NCBI GenBank assembly: GCA_003564155.1
Contig: PWOA01000092.1
Location: forward strand, 4,375-68,374
Reading direction: 5' to 3'
Source of the DNA: Candidatus Cloacimonadota bacterium
GTDB lineage: Bacteria; Cloacimonadota; Cloacimonadia; Cloacimonadales; PWNZ01
DNA length: 64,000 nt
In this document: positions 51,204 through 61,064 of the stretch, one piece after another
How the letters are laid out: every line of letters begins with the position of its first letter
Position numbering within the stretch: the stretch's first letter is position 1
Made by a program: the position numbers and the translations under genes
The notes under the pieces: model-generated
Seen by the model: the letters and a program-made list of their open reading frames with translations, nothing else
Told to the model about the DNA's origin: nothing
The model's database searches: none

Positions 51204-51976
51204 ATCTTAAGTTTTAAACATCCTTCTTTAGCAGCATCCTGCTCAGCATTTTTTTTCGTATAACCGTTTCCTTCTCCGACTTTTTTACCCTGGACGAACA
51301 GAGTAACTTTAAAGAGCTTTTTATGATCGGGACCTTCAGTTGAAACTACTTTATAAACAGGCAATTGCTTATACTTTAATTGACAGTATTCCTGTAATCT
51401 ACTCTTGTAGTTTATATGAACATCGCTACTCAATTCCAGTCTGTAGCCTTTTAAGACATAATTTATAATAAATTCTTTAGCTTCATGATACCCACTATCG
51501 AGATAGATTGCACAGATCAATGATTCCATCATATTTGACAGAATAGATTTTTTTTGATATCCTTTATCCCTAAACTCTTCGTCTCCGAGAATAATATACC
51601 TGCCTAATCTAATTGATCTTGCTTTAGATGAGAGGTAGTTTTCCGATACAATCTGAGATTTAAGTTTTGATAAAAAACCTTCTTGTTTATTGGGATATTT
51701 ATAATACAAATACTCCGAAATCACTAGTCCCAATATCGAGTCTCCTAAAAACTCCATTCTTTCGTATTCAGACACAGGAATACTCTTAACCCCATTGTTG
51801 TAAAAAAAAGAAGTATGGGTCAAAGCTACTTTTAATATCGAGGAATCATTAAATGTATATCCTATTATAGATTGAAGACCTTTAAGATTATTAATAATTT
51901 GTTCTTCATCATCATAATAGGAAAGATCTTTCTTAACTGAAAGGCTATTTACAAAGGCTTGAATAATTTTTTTCAC
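51200..51976 (-). CDS. rnc: Ribonuclease III
   Basis: ALTHTS, ERMEFLGDS, C-terminal dsRBD (YKS.LQE...GPDH...KK.AEQ). Confidence 0.95.
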   Translation of the reverse strand: MKKIIQAFVNSLSVKKDLSYYDDEEQIINNLKGLQSIIGYTFNDSSILKVALTHTSFFYNNGVKSIPVSEYERMEFLGDSILGLVISEYLYYKYPNKQEGFLSKLKSQIVSENYLSSKARSIRLGRYIILGDEEFRDKGYQKKSILSNMMESLICAIYLDSGYHEAKEFIINYVLKGYRLELSSDVHINYKSRLQEYCQLKYKQLPVYKVVSTEGPDHKKLFKVTLFVQGKKVGEGNGYTKKNAEQDAAKEGCLKLKI

Positions 51977-52329
51977 ATTTCCTTCTCTCTTCTTGTTAAT
52001 TATTTACTAAGCTGTGGCCTTTGATCTTTCAATATATAAATCATAACTCCGGAGTAACTTACCTGTCGTATACAATTCAAACGTGTCTTCTTTATGACAA
52101 GTAAACCCATCATAAGATTTAGATACTAATCATTTTCAATATATTGCATGAATAATCAATATTAATAATGATTGGTATCTGAACATTGTTAAGAACTAAA
52201 AGCAACAACGAAGTGCTGCCAATAAGTTTAAAACCTTCTGACTTACGAGCAACATGATCAATTCCACTAATAACGAGCAGCAATTAAAATAAGCTGTTAA
52301 CTGCTGCCCATTAACATTTATAATATATT

Positions 52330-52464
52330 CCTAAACCGGGCAAGCCGGAAACAAAATGTAGTGGCAACCCTTGCGGTTGCTCTTTATCGGGCATGGGCAA
52401 GCCCAGCACCCACAATAAGAATATCCAGCCAAAAAAAGCATGAATATTTCTGACAAGGTACTAA
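52330..52464 (-). repeat. 135-bp REP-containing dispersed element, copy B
   Basis: Reverse complement aligns end to end with 35335-35469; lies in the fabF-rnc gap. Confidence 0.9.
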
Positions 52465-52522
52465 TAATTGTCATCAATATCAATTACCACAAAATCTTAA
52501 GAACTATTATTTTTTTCTTCTA

Positions 52523-53767
52523 CTAATTATCATATTTTTTTAGAACCAGAGCACTATTATGTCCGCCAAATCCTAATGAATTACTGAGGGCAATATTAAC
52601 AGGGTATTCAATATATTTATTGGGTACATAATCTAAATCACACTCGGGATCATCCACTTCATGGTTAATTGTGGGATGAATGATTCCTGTCTCCATTGAT
52701 TTGATGCATGTAATTGCCTCAATTCCGGCAGCAGCACCTAAACTATGACCAAGCATAGATTTAGTAGAGTTAATCTTAAGTTTATAAGCATAATCTTTAA
52801 AGATGGTTTTAATTGCCATAGTTTCCGTCTTATCGTTTAATGGAGTTGAAGTCCCGTGAGCATTAACATGGTCAACATCCGCCGGATCAATTTTAGCATC
52901 TTGCAAAGCTTTTCTGATTGCTTGAGCCGTTCCATCTCCTGCTTCTTGAGGAGCTGTAATATGATAAGCATCTGAACTACCGGCAAAGCCAATAACTTCT
53001 GCATAGATTTTTGCATCTCTTTTCAGAGCATGTTCTAAGTCCTCGAAAACTAACAAAGCTGCACCTTCACCCATAATAAAGCCATCTCTCTCCTTATCAA
53101 AAGGGCGACATGCTTTTTGCGGTTCGTCATTTCTGGTACTTAGAGCTTTCATCGCGCAGAATCCACCAAAAGCCATCGGAGTTATAGCTGCTTCACTACC
53201 ACCTGTTAAGACTGCATCGGCATCGCCGTATTGGATTGCCCTATAGGCCGATCCCATAGCATGATTAGCTGAAGCACATGCTGAAACACAAGTATAATTA
53301 ATCCCTTTAAGACCGTACTTTATAGATAAATGAGCTGCGGCAATATTTGATATCATTTTCGGTATAAAAAAAGGACTTATTCGGCGTGGTCCTTTTTGAA
53401 ACATCTTATAAGCTTCTTCGGTAAAGGTTGTTATCCCTCCGATACCGGCTCCTATTATAACACCAAACATTTCAGGATCAAAATTATTTTTCAATAATCC
53501 GGAAACTTCTAAAGCTTCTTGGCCTGCTATCATTGCATATTGAGTATATAAATCAAATCTTTTTATTTCTTTTTGGTCAAAATGGTCTTTGGAATCATAA
53601 CCTTTTACTTCCGCAGCTATTTGACTGGGAAGATTCTCTACATCAAATCGAGTAATACGGTCAATACCACTATCACCTTGGACAAGTTTTTCCCAAGTAT
53701 CAGTCACATTATTTGCCAATGCATTGATAGTTCCGATTCCTGTTACAACCACGCGTCTTTTATTCAT
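52523..53767 (-). CDS. fabF: 3-oxoacyl-ACP synthase II
   Basis: SACAS, NAHGTST, KSMLGH, SNSLGFGG. Confidence 0.96.
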   Translation of the reverse strand: MNKRRVVVTGIGTINALANNVTDTWEKLVQGDSGIDRITRFDVENLPSQIAAEVKGYDSKDHFDQKEIKRFDLYTQYAMIAGQEALEVSGLLKNNFDPEMFGVIIGAGIGGITTFTEEAYKMFQKGPRRISPFFIPKMISNIAAAHLSIKYGLKGINYTCVSACASANHAMGSAYRAIQYGDADAVLTGGSEAAITPMAFGGFCAMKALSTRNDEPQKACRPFDKERDGFIMGEGAALLVFEDLEHALKRDAKIYAEVIGFAGSSDAYHITAPQEAGDGTAQAIRKALQDAKIDPADVDHVNAHGTSTPLNDKTETMAIKTIFKDYAYKLKINSTKSMLGHSLGAAAGIEAITCIKSMETGIIHPTINHEVDDPECDLDYVPNKYIEYPVNIALSNSLGFGGHNSALVLKKYDN

Positions 53768-53920
53768 TATAAGTCACCTCTTACAGTTGATTTTTTATAC
53801 TAATTTGGTAATATATATTTAAGTTCTTTTCAAAGTATAGAATAATCTGTATATCTATGCCGGAATACTAATCTTATCCGGCCGATAATGGAAATTCTAC
53901 AAAACTCTATCCAATAAACT

Positions 53921-53961
53921 AAAAAAAGATTGCTCAGCCAAATCTATGGTTGAGCAATCTT
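53921..53961 (-). terminator. Terminator after acpP
   Basis: Minus strand AAGATTGCTCAACCA-N6-TGGCTGAGCAATCTT followed by a T run. Confidence 0.75.
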
Positions 53962-53968
53962 AAAAAAA

Positions 53969-54202
53969 CTAATTGAGTTTAGATTTCAAATACTCAACAG
54001 CATCTCCAACAGTTTTCAAGTTACCGGCATCTTCGTCCGGAATATCTACTTCAAAAGATTCTTCCAGTTTCATGATCAGTTCTACAGTATCGATAGAATC
54101 GGCTCCAAGATCTTCAATAAACCTTGCTTTTTCTGTGACTTGAGATCCGTCTACACTTAACTCACTAACGATCAATTCTTTAACCTTTTCAAATACATCC
54201 AT
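53969..54202 (-). CDS. acpP: Acyl carrier protein
   Basis: DLGADSIDTVEL, EESF...IPDE. Confidence 0.96.
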   Translation of the reverse strand: MDVFEKVKELIVSELSVDGSQVTEKARFIEDLGADSIDTVELIMKLEESFEVDIPDEDAGNLKTVGDAVEYLKSKLN

Positions 54203-54221
54203 TGAACTCTCCTTTATTTCT

Positions 54222-54965
54222 TTACATTATTAGTCCACCATCAACATTAACGGTCTGACCTGTTATATAACAAGCTTCTTCCGAAGCTAAAAATACACAA
54301 AGATTTGCTACATCGTCAACTGAACCCAATCTATTTAAAGGGATACTTTCTTGATATTTGGTAACAACTTCTTCAGGTAAAAATGCCGTCATCTCAGTCT
54401 TGATAAAACCGGGTGCAACGGCGTTAACCCGGATATTTCGGGAGGCAAATTCTTTTGCCGCCGATTTTGTTAAGGCAATCACACCCCCTTTCGAGGCTGC
54501 ATAGTTTGCCTGACCGGCATTACCGGTTATTCCAATAACCGAAGCTATATTGATGATTGAGCCTTCTTTTTGCTTTAGCATATAACGACTTGCTTTTTGG
54601 GTACATATGAAAGTGCCTTTTAGATTAATATCAATAACTCTTGCCCATTCCTCTTCTTTCATCCTTAAAATTAGATTATCACGAGTGATCCCGGCATTAT
54701 TTACTAAAATATCAATTCTGTGGTGTTCTTTTACTATTTCTTTCATGATAGCTGCAATCTTCTCCGTATTGACTACGTCGGCTTCATAACCGTAAGCTTT
54801 TATCCCTGCAGTTTGCAACTCATCTATTGCTGAATCGATCATCTCTTGTTGGATATCAATCAAGATTGGTGTTGCACCTTCCGAACCAAAGGCTTTAGCT
54901 ATGGCAAAACCTATACCTCTGGCGGATCCGGTAATTAGAGCAATCTTTTCATTCAAACGTTTCAT
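54222..54965 (-). CDS. fabG: 3-oxoacyl-ACP reductase
   Basis: TGSARGIG, NNAGITRD, YAASK, GQ...VDGG. Confidence 0.95.
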   Translation of the reverse strand: MKRLNEKIALITGSARGIGFAIAKAFGSEGATPILIDIQQEMIDSAIDELQTAGIKAYGYEADVVNTEKIAAIMKEIVKEHHRIDILVNNAGITRDNLILRMKEEEWARVIDINLKGTFICTQKASRYMLKQKEGSIINIASVIGITGNAGQANYAASKGGVIALTKSAAKEFASRNIRVNAVAPGFIKTEMTAFLPEEVVTKYQESIPLNRLGSVDDVANLCVFLASEEACYITGQTVNVDGGLIM

Positions 54966-55052
54966 GGTAAAATTCCTTCATTTTTAATCTTTATTGTGTT
55001 AATATTGACTATATGTAATCTTATACTAAAAATACAACCAATCATTGCCAAT

Positions 55053-56000
55053 TTAGCTTATAGACTCTTTCAATGTAAGCAAATCTTCATATTTGTCTAT
55101 TGAGATAACCTCAACGTTTCTGTCAATCTTTTTAATCATGCCGGCGATTATCTTTTTAGGGCCGAACTCAAAAAATAAATCGACTCCCAAACCGGTTAAA
55201 TAATTTATGCTGTCTACCCATAACACTGAAGAAGTTACCTGTTTTGCCAAATTATGTTTTATTGTCTCAGGATCTGTATAAGGTTGAGCGTCAACATTAG
55301 CTATAACAGGTATAGCGCTTTTATGGAAGGTTATCTTATTCATTTCTTCGATCAACCAGTCGCTTGCCCGGGCAATTAATGGAGAATGAAAAGCACCGCC
55401 GACAGGTAAGGGAAGAGCTCTTTTAGCTCCGGCTTCTTTAGCTGCCTGGCATGCTTTAGCAACTCCGTCGGCAGTTCCCGAGATTACCGTCTGTTCCGGT
55501 GTATTATAATTTGCCACAACAACGAGATCTTGTTCGGATATTTTTTTACAAATACTTTGTAGTTTTTGGGTATCAAGACCGATTATTGCCGCCATAGCGT
55601 AAGGAGTATCCTCATTGGCTTTTATCATAAACTGGCCTCTTTTATGGACCAAATAAAGTGCATCTTCGGCTTTCAAGACGCCGTTAGCAACTAAGGCTGT
55701 AAATTCTCCTAATGAATGTCCGGCAACATAATGGGGTTTAACAGCGATCGATTTCAACATACTATTCAGCGCAGTTATGCTATGAAACATAATAGCAGGC
55801 TGAGTCCACTTGGTTTCTTTTAAAGTTTCTGCCGGACCATTTTTAATGATTTCATAAAGATTAGTGCTATTATTTTTATCGAAATCAAGTAATGGTTGTA
55901 AGAGAGTTTCATCATTCTCGACAAAATCCATACCCATCCCGACATACTGTGCTCCCTGTCCGGGAAATACAAAAGCTATTTTTCTGTTTTTAAAAAACAT
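55053..56000 (-). CDS. fabD: Malonyl-CoA:ACP transacylase
   Basis: FPGQGAQ, GHSLGE, GAFHS. Confidence 0.95.
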   Translation of the reverse strand: MFFKNRKIAFVFPGQGAQYVGMGMDFVENDETLLQPLLDFDKNNSTNLYEIIKNGPAETLKETKWTQPAIMFHSITALNSMLKSIAVKPHYVAGHSLGEFTALVANGVLKAEDALYLVHKRGQFMIKANEDTPYAMAAIIGLDTQKLQSICKKISEQDLVVVANYNTPEQTVISGTADGVAKACQAAKEAGAKRALPLPVGGAFHSPLIARASDWLIEEMNKITFHKSAIPVIANVDAQPYTDPETIKHNLAKQVTSSVLWVDSINYLTGLGVDLFFEFGPKKIIAGMIKKIDRNVEVISIDKYEDLLTLKESIS

Positions 56001-56081
56001 ATTAACTCCTTTAGATATCGATTGTTAATTATTATCATCAATACTTCGCATATCTTTGAATATATCTCTATAGTTAATCGG

Positions 56082-57077
56082 TTAAAATCTCAGCAAAATA
56101 CTGCCTGATGTTAACCCTGCTCCAAAGGCAACTAATAAAACCAAATCTCCTTTTCTGATCTTTTTGGATTTTATAGCTTCATCAAGAGCTATGGGAATCG
56201 TGGATGATGATGTATTGGCATATTTATCGATTGTGACAATAACTTTTCCGCTATCTATATGAAGTTTCTTACCCAAAGTCTCGATAATCCGGAAATTTGC
56301 CTGATGCGGTATAAGCCAATCAATTTTTTTGATATCTAAGTTATTGCGTTTAAGAATTTTCTCACAACTGGCTTGCATTGAACGTACCGCCAGCTTAAAA
56401 ATTTTGTTGCCTTCCATATACAGAGTATGCTTATTATTCTTAACCGATTCGATTGATGCCGGACAACGTGATCCGCCCGCTTCTTGAATAAGAAGTTCTC
56501 CGAATGTACCGTCTGATGAAAGATCGCTGTCCAAAATCTTAGAGACATCATTTCTTTCCGTTCTGGTAAGAATAGCTGCTCCCGCTCCATCTCCAAAAAG
56601 AACTGCAGTTCCTCTATCTTGCCAATTTATCAAAGTAGTAAGAATTTCCACACCGACTACAAGAACATTTTTATAATTTCCGGTACTGATGAATTGGAGA
56701 GCAACAGACGTCGCATAAATAAAACCGGAACAACCGGCTGATAAATCAAATGCAGGTATATCTTTAATGCCCAGTTTTTTTGATAGAATACAAGCAGTTG
56801 ATGGGAATGAATGATCTGGGGAAATAGTTCCTACAACTACCATATCCAAATCTTTTGCCTTAAGATTTGCCGCTTCTAAGGCTCTAAGCGCAGCTTCATA
56901 TGCTAAATCTGAAGATGCTTCATCCTCAGATTTATATCTGCGTTCCCACATTCCGGTTCTAGTACGGATCCATTCGTCACTTGTATCTAACTTCTTTTCT
57001 AAATCCAGATTATTAACTATCTTTTTCGGAACATATTTTCCTGTCCCGGCTATCTTAGCATCATATAATGGATTCAT
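56082..57077 (-). CDS. fabH: 3-oxoacyl-ACP synthase III
   Basis: AGCSGF, FGDGAGA, PHQAN, NTSS, AFGAG. Confidence 0.95.
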   Translation of the reverse strand: MNPLYDAKIAGTGKYVPKKIVNNLDLEKKLDTSDEWIRTRTGMWERRYKSEDEASSDLAYEAALRALEAANLKAKDLDMVVVGTISPDHSFPSTACILSKKLGIKDIPAFDLSAGCSGFIYATSVALQFISTGNYKNVLVVGVEILTTLINWQDRGTAVLFGDGAGAAILTRTERNDVSKILDSDLSSDGTFGELLIQEAGGSRCPASIESVKNNKHTLYMEGNKIFKLAVRSMQASCEKILKRNNLDIKKIDWLIPHQANFRIIETLGKKLHIDSGKVIVTIDKYANTSSSTIPIALDEAIKSKKIRKGDLVLLVAFGAGLTSGSILLRF

Positions 57078-57144
57078 ATAACTACTCCTTCTATTGTACC
57101 GGATTTAGTCCATCATTCCGGATAAATACAATGGTTTCTTCATA

Positions 57145-58146
57145 CTATTCTGAATCAGTTGAAAAATTTTGCTGCATATTACTTACTAATTCGGTCTTAG
57201 ATATCTTTGATGCAAATCTAATTGCATTTTTGATTGATTTGGAATCAGAACTGCCATGAGAAACTATTGGTAAACCGTTAAGACCTAGTAATAAAGCTCC
57301 GCCGTATTCACTTTTATCGAGCTTCTTCTTCAAGTAAGTATATACCGGAAAAGAGAGTAAAGCTCCTATTTTCGATATCCAATCCTTATTGAACTGTTCT
57401 TTCATTATCGCAAATATAGATATAAATACTCCTTCAATAGTCTTTAAAATTATATTACCGATAAAACCATCACAAACAATAACATCAGTTACTCCTCGTA
57501 GTAATTCCTTACCTTCAATGTTACCAATAAAATTTATCTTGTCGTTATTTTCCAATTGGATATAAGCAGTTTTTATCTGCTTACTACCTTTAACACTTTC
57601 TTCACCTATGTTGAGCAATGATACCCGCGGCCTACTGACATTAAGCATTTCTCTGGCATATAAACTGCCCATCTCTGCAAACTGTACTAAATGTTCGACT
57701 TCACAGTCAACATTAGCTCCCACATCCAGAATTATCTCAAAGTTATCGTGGGTAGGCAATGTCAGTGCTATAGCCGGACGTAAAACATTTTTGATTCTTC
57801 CCAGATAAAATAACGAAGCAGCCATTACTGCACCGGTATTACCTGCACTGATAAAAGCATCGGCTTCTCCGTCTTTATGTAGAAATAGAGCTTTAACCAA
57901 AGAAGAATCTTTTTTTGCTTTAGCGGAAGCCGAGGGTTCATCGGTCATTGTTATTACCTCGGAAGCATCGATTATTACTATTCTTTCCCGGTCATAATAA
58001 TACTTCTCTAACTCCTTATTCAGAACATCCTCTTTGCCTACCAAAAAAATTGTCTGGCAAATATTCTCTCTTATAGCCTGAATCGCTCCTTCAATTTCCG
58101 GGAAAGGGGCATTATCAGTACCAAAGGCATCTAAAGCTATTCTCAT
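57145..58146 (-). CDS. plsX: Phosphate acyltransferase
   Basis: IALDAFG.D.AP, SAGNTGA, LDVGAN, NIGEE..KG, HGSS. Confidence 0.95.
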   Translation of the reverse strand: MRIALDAFGTDNAPFPEIEGAIQAIRENICQTIFLVGKEDVLNKELEKYYYDRERIVIIDASEVITMTDEPSASAKAKKDSSLVKALFLHKDGEADAFISAGNTGAVMAASLFYLGRIKNVLRPAIALTLPTHDNFEIILDVGANVDCEVEHLVQFAEMGSLYAREMLNVSRPRVSLLNIGEESVKGSKQIKTAYIQLENNDKINFIGNIEGKELLRGVTDVIVCDGFIGNIILKTIEGVFISIFAIMKEQFNKDWISKIGALLSFPVYTYLKKKLDKSEYGGALLLGLNGLPIVSHGSSDSKSIKNAIRFASKISKTELVSNMQQNFSTDSE

Positions 58147-58353
58147 ACAGTTATCTACTTTGAATTTGTACGTATATTCGTGTGTCGGTTAAAAAAACTT
58201 AACAAACAAACTGTCCTTCTATTCCATCTTCTCATACAAAACTAATATATATATAGAACAGAATATCCGCTATATAAATCAGAAAAACAAATCTAACTAA
58301 CCTGTAAAAGATTTGTTGATTAATGATAATCTATCTAGATACGATATTAATGA

Positions 58354-58533
58354 TTAATCAGTTGCGTTTAAAAATTTCTTCCCTTTATAGTAACCGCATT
58401 TTTCACAAATGTTGTGGGGACGCATATGTTCGCTACACTGTGGGCAACTCGTCCAAGTCGGCATTTTAGCCTTATCATGTGTTCTTCTTTTATCACGTCT
58501 TGTACGTGAAACCTTCCTTTTAGGAACAGCCAT
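58354..58533 (-). CDS. rpmF: 50S ribosomal protein L32 (Zn-ribbon type), 59 aa
   Basis: Below the ORF-track cutoff. Manual translation MAVPKRKVSRTRRDKRRTHDKAKMPTWTSCPQCSEHMRPHNICEKCGYYKGKKFLNATD; AGGAG RBS. Confidence 0.95.
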   Translation of the reverse strand: MAVPKRKVSRTRRDKRRTHDKAKMPTWTSCPQCSEHMRPHNICEKCGYYKGKKFLNATD

Positions 58534-58723
58534 TGTATCTCCTTTATTCTATTTTATTTATGTTTTATTCACTATTTTTTCTACTTTGTATTTCAACATT
58601 TTTCAAGTCAAGTCTTCTGTCAAGTAAATAGAGTTTTGACGCCACCCTTTAAGTGAAAATATCTTGCCTAAAAGCATCCTCATAAAATAATGTCTTAACT
58701 TAAGTAGATAATTGGAGGATTTG

Positions 58724-59488
58724 ATGAGAAAAGTTTTTATCGCCGGTAATTGGAAAATGAATAAAACACTACCGGAAACTATCAATTTTGTTAATAAATT
58801 ACGTAATTTCGTTTCGCAGACTGATTTTGATAAAGTTATTCCTGCAATCTTCCCGCCTGCGCTTTATTTAGATCGTTGCCAAGATTTACTACAGGGAACA
58901 TCGATCTTTGTAGGTTCTCAAGATGTAAGTAAACGTGAAGGCGGAGCTTATACAGGAGAGATATCGGCTATTATGCTTAAATCTATGGGTATTAAATATT
59001 CATTAGTAGGTCATTCTGAAAGCAGAGAGTATCATTATGAAACTAATCAAGATGTAAATTGTAAAGCAAAAATCCTCTTAAAGCATGGAATTGTTCCTGT
59101 CGTATGTGTCGGAGAGCAAGAAACCGAACGTGATAAAGGTATCACTGATACAATTATCCTTAAGCAATTGCAGGAATCGCTTACCGGTATTAAGCCCGAC
59201 GATAATTTCGTTATTGCATACGAACCGGTATGGGCTATCGGAACAGGGAAAACAGCTACCCCCGAAATAGCCCGGCAAGTTCACCAACTGATCAGAAATT
59301 GGCTTACTTCAACCTATGGACAGAAAAAAGCAGAAACCACCTATATCCTCTACGGGGGAAGTATCAAGACTGATAACTTAGCATCATTGTTACAACAAGA
59401 AGATATTGACGGTGGATTAGTTGGCGGAGCTTCTCTTTCCATAGACAGCTACTGTCGTCTATTAGAAATCAGTTCCCATTTGGAATAG
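58724..59488 (+). CDS. tpiA: Triosephosphate isomerase
   Basis: AGNWKMN, GAYTGE, GHSE, AYEPVWAIGTG, YGGS, LVGGASL; GGAGGA RBS before ATG 58724. Confidence 0.96.
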   Translation: MRKVFIAGNWKMNKTLPETINFVNKLRNFVSQTDFDKVIPAIFPPALYLDRCQDLLQGTSIFVGSQDVSKREGGAYTGEISAIMLKSMGIKYSLVGHSESREYHYETNQDVNCKAKILLKHGIVPVVCVGEQETERDKGITDTIILKQLQESLTGIKPDDNFVIAYEPVWAIGTGKTATPEIARQVHQLIRNWLTSTYGQKKAETTYILYGGSIKTDNLASLLQQEDIDGGLVGGASLSIDSYCRLLEISSHLE

Positions 59489-59681
59489 AACTTTTCCGGA
59501 ACAAACTTGACAAAGACGATAGTATTCTAAGACTTTACGAAAAATATTACAAATAGATGATTTATTAAGTGTTTAATTGTAGTCTTCATACCGTATCGAT
59601 TTTTCTGTTATGGTGCAGGTCATGAATATAATCATCACCCAATAAGTCCTAATAATAACATGTAAAAAAGGATCATACTTT

Positions 59682-60962
59682 ATGTTGGATATTAAGTATA
59701 TAAGAGATAATACTGAAAGAGTTAAGAAAGCGGTACATCAAAAGAATGCTCAAATAGATATTGACCGGTTACTTCATTTGGATTCCGAGAAACGTCAACT
59801 ACAATATGATTTTGATCACCGACGAGCTCATCAAAAGAAAATATCTAAAGAAATACCACTTATGAAAAAAAGCGGAGAAGACACTACAAACGTGTTAAAT
59901 GAAATGCAAACTTTAGCTGCCGAACTTAAGTCAATATCTAATAATATAACCAACCTGAGTGAAACTATTGAACAGATAATGATCGGTATCCCGAATACAC
60001 CTCATCCTTCCGTACCGGAAGGACAAAGTGAACAAGACAACGTAATTGATAAAGATGTCAACTCTATCCCTGAAGACAATAAGTCTGCAGATTACCGGAA
60101 ACATCATATTATTGCCGAACAGCTCGGTTTGATAGATCTTATCAGAGGAGCAAAAATTACCGGATCGGGATTCCCGGTTTATAAAGGTCAAGGAGCACAA
60201 TTAGAAAGAGCATTAAGCAATTTTATGTTAGATTTTCATTGTCACAATCATAACTATCAAGAAGTAGCCGTTCCCTTTGTTGTTAACCGGAAAGCTATGA
60301 CCGGAACAGGGCAGTTGCCCAAACTTGAAGATGATATGTATCATATTGATCAAGATGACCTGTTTCTTATACCTACAGGTGAAGTACCAGTAACTAATAT
60401 TTTCGCCAACGAAATTCTTCCTTACTCTGTGTTGCCGGCAAAATTTGTTACTTTAACTCCCTGTTTTCGCAGAGAAGCCGGATCATACGGTAAAGATACC
60501 AAAGGCTTACAACGAATTCATCAGTTTAATAAAGTAGAATTAGTTCGCTTTGTCCAACCAGCAGATTCATATGCAGCTTTGGAAGAGATGGTGAATGAAG
60601 CTGAAACGATTTTGGATGCTTTAAATCTCCCCTATCGCCGTACTCTGTTATGTGCCGGAGACATGAGTTTTGCTTCTGCTAAAACTTACGATTTAGAAGT
60701 ATGGGCTCCCGGAGCCCGTAAATTCTTAGAAGTTTCTTCGTTAAGTAATTTTGAAGATTTTCAAGCAAGACGTGCTTCCATCAGGTTCCGTGATGATAAA
60801 GGGACGGTTCGTTTTCTTCATACCCTTAACGGCTCCGGTTTAGCTACTCCCCGGACATTCATCGCTATTTTAGAAAATTATCAAAACCCGGACGGCTCGG
60901 TAACAGTTCCTCAAGTTCTGAGAAAGTATATGGATGGCCGGGATAAGATCACTGGTATTTAA
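59682..60962 (+). CDS. serS: Serine--tRNA ligase
   Basis: MLDIK.IR, GTGQLPK, PTGEVP, FRREAGSYGKD, HQFNKVE, HTLNGSGLA. Confidence 0.97.
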   Translation: MLDIKYIRDNTERVKKAVHQKNAQIDIDRLLHLDSEKRQLQYDFDHRRAHQKKISKEIPLMKKSGEDTTNVLNEMQTLAAELKSISNNITNLSETIEQIMIGIPNTPHPSVPEGQSEQDNVIDKDVNSIPEDNKSADYRKHHIIAEQLGLIDLIRGAKITGSGFPVYKGQGAQLERALSNFMLDFHCHNHNYQEVAVPFVVNRKAMTGTGQLPKLEDDMYHIDQDDLFLIPTGEVPVTNIFANEILPYSVLPAKFVTLTPCFRREAGSYGKDTKGLQRIHQFNKVELVRFVQPADSYAALEEMVNEAETILDALNLPYRRTLLCAGDMSFASAKTYDLEVWAPGARKFLEVSSLSNFEDFQARRASIRFRDDKGTVRFLHTLNGSGLATPRTFIAILENYQNPDGSVTVPQVLRKYMDGRDKITGI

Positions 60963-61064
60963 GTAAATGTGATTAATAATTTACGATTGTAAATTACAAA
61001 AGATTATTATATATATGCCAGTATAATAAAGTACAGTTAAATAAATCAAATACGGATAATAATT

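Noticed and set aside
58409-58785. ORF-track calls 58409-58627 and 58603-58785
   Set aside because: Antisense shadows of rpmF and of the tpiA start/promoter region.
59489-59681. T-box leader upstream of serS
   Set aside because: No GGTGGNACC T-box motif and no terminator/antiterminator; only a TTGACA at 59507.
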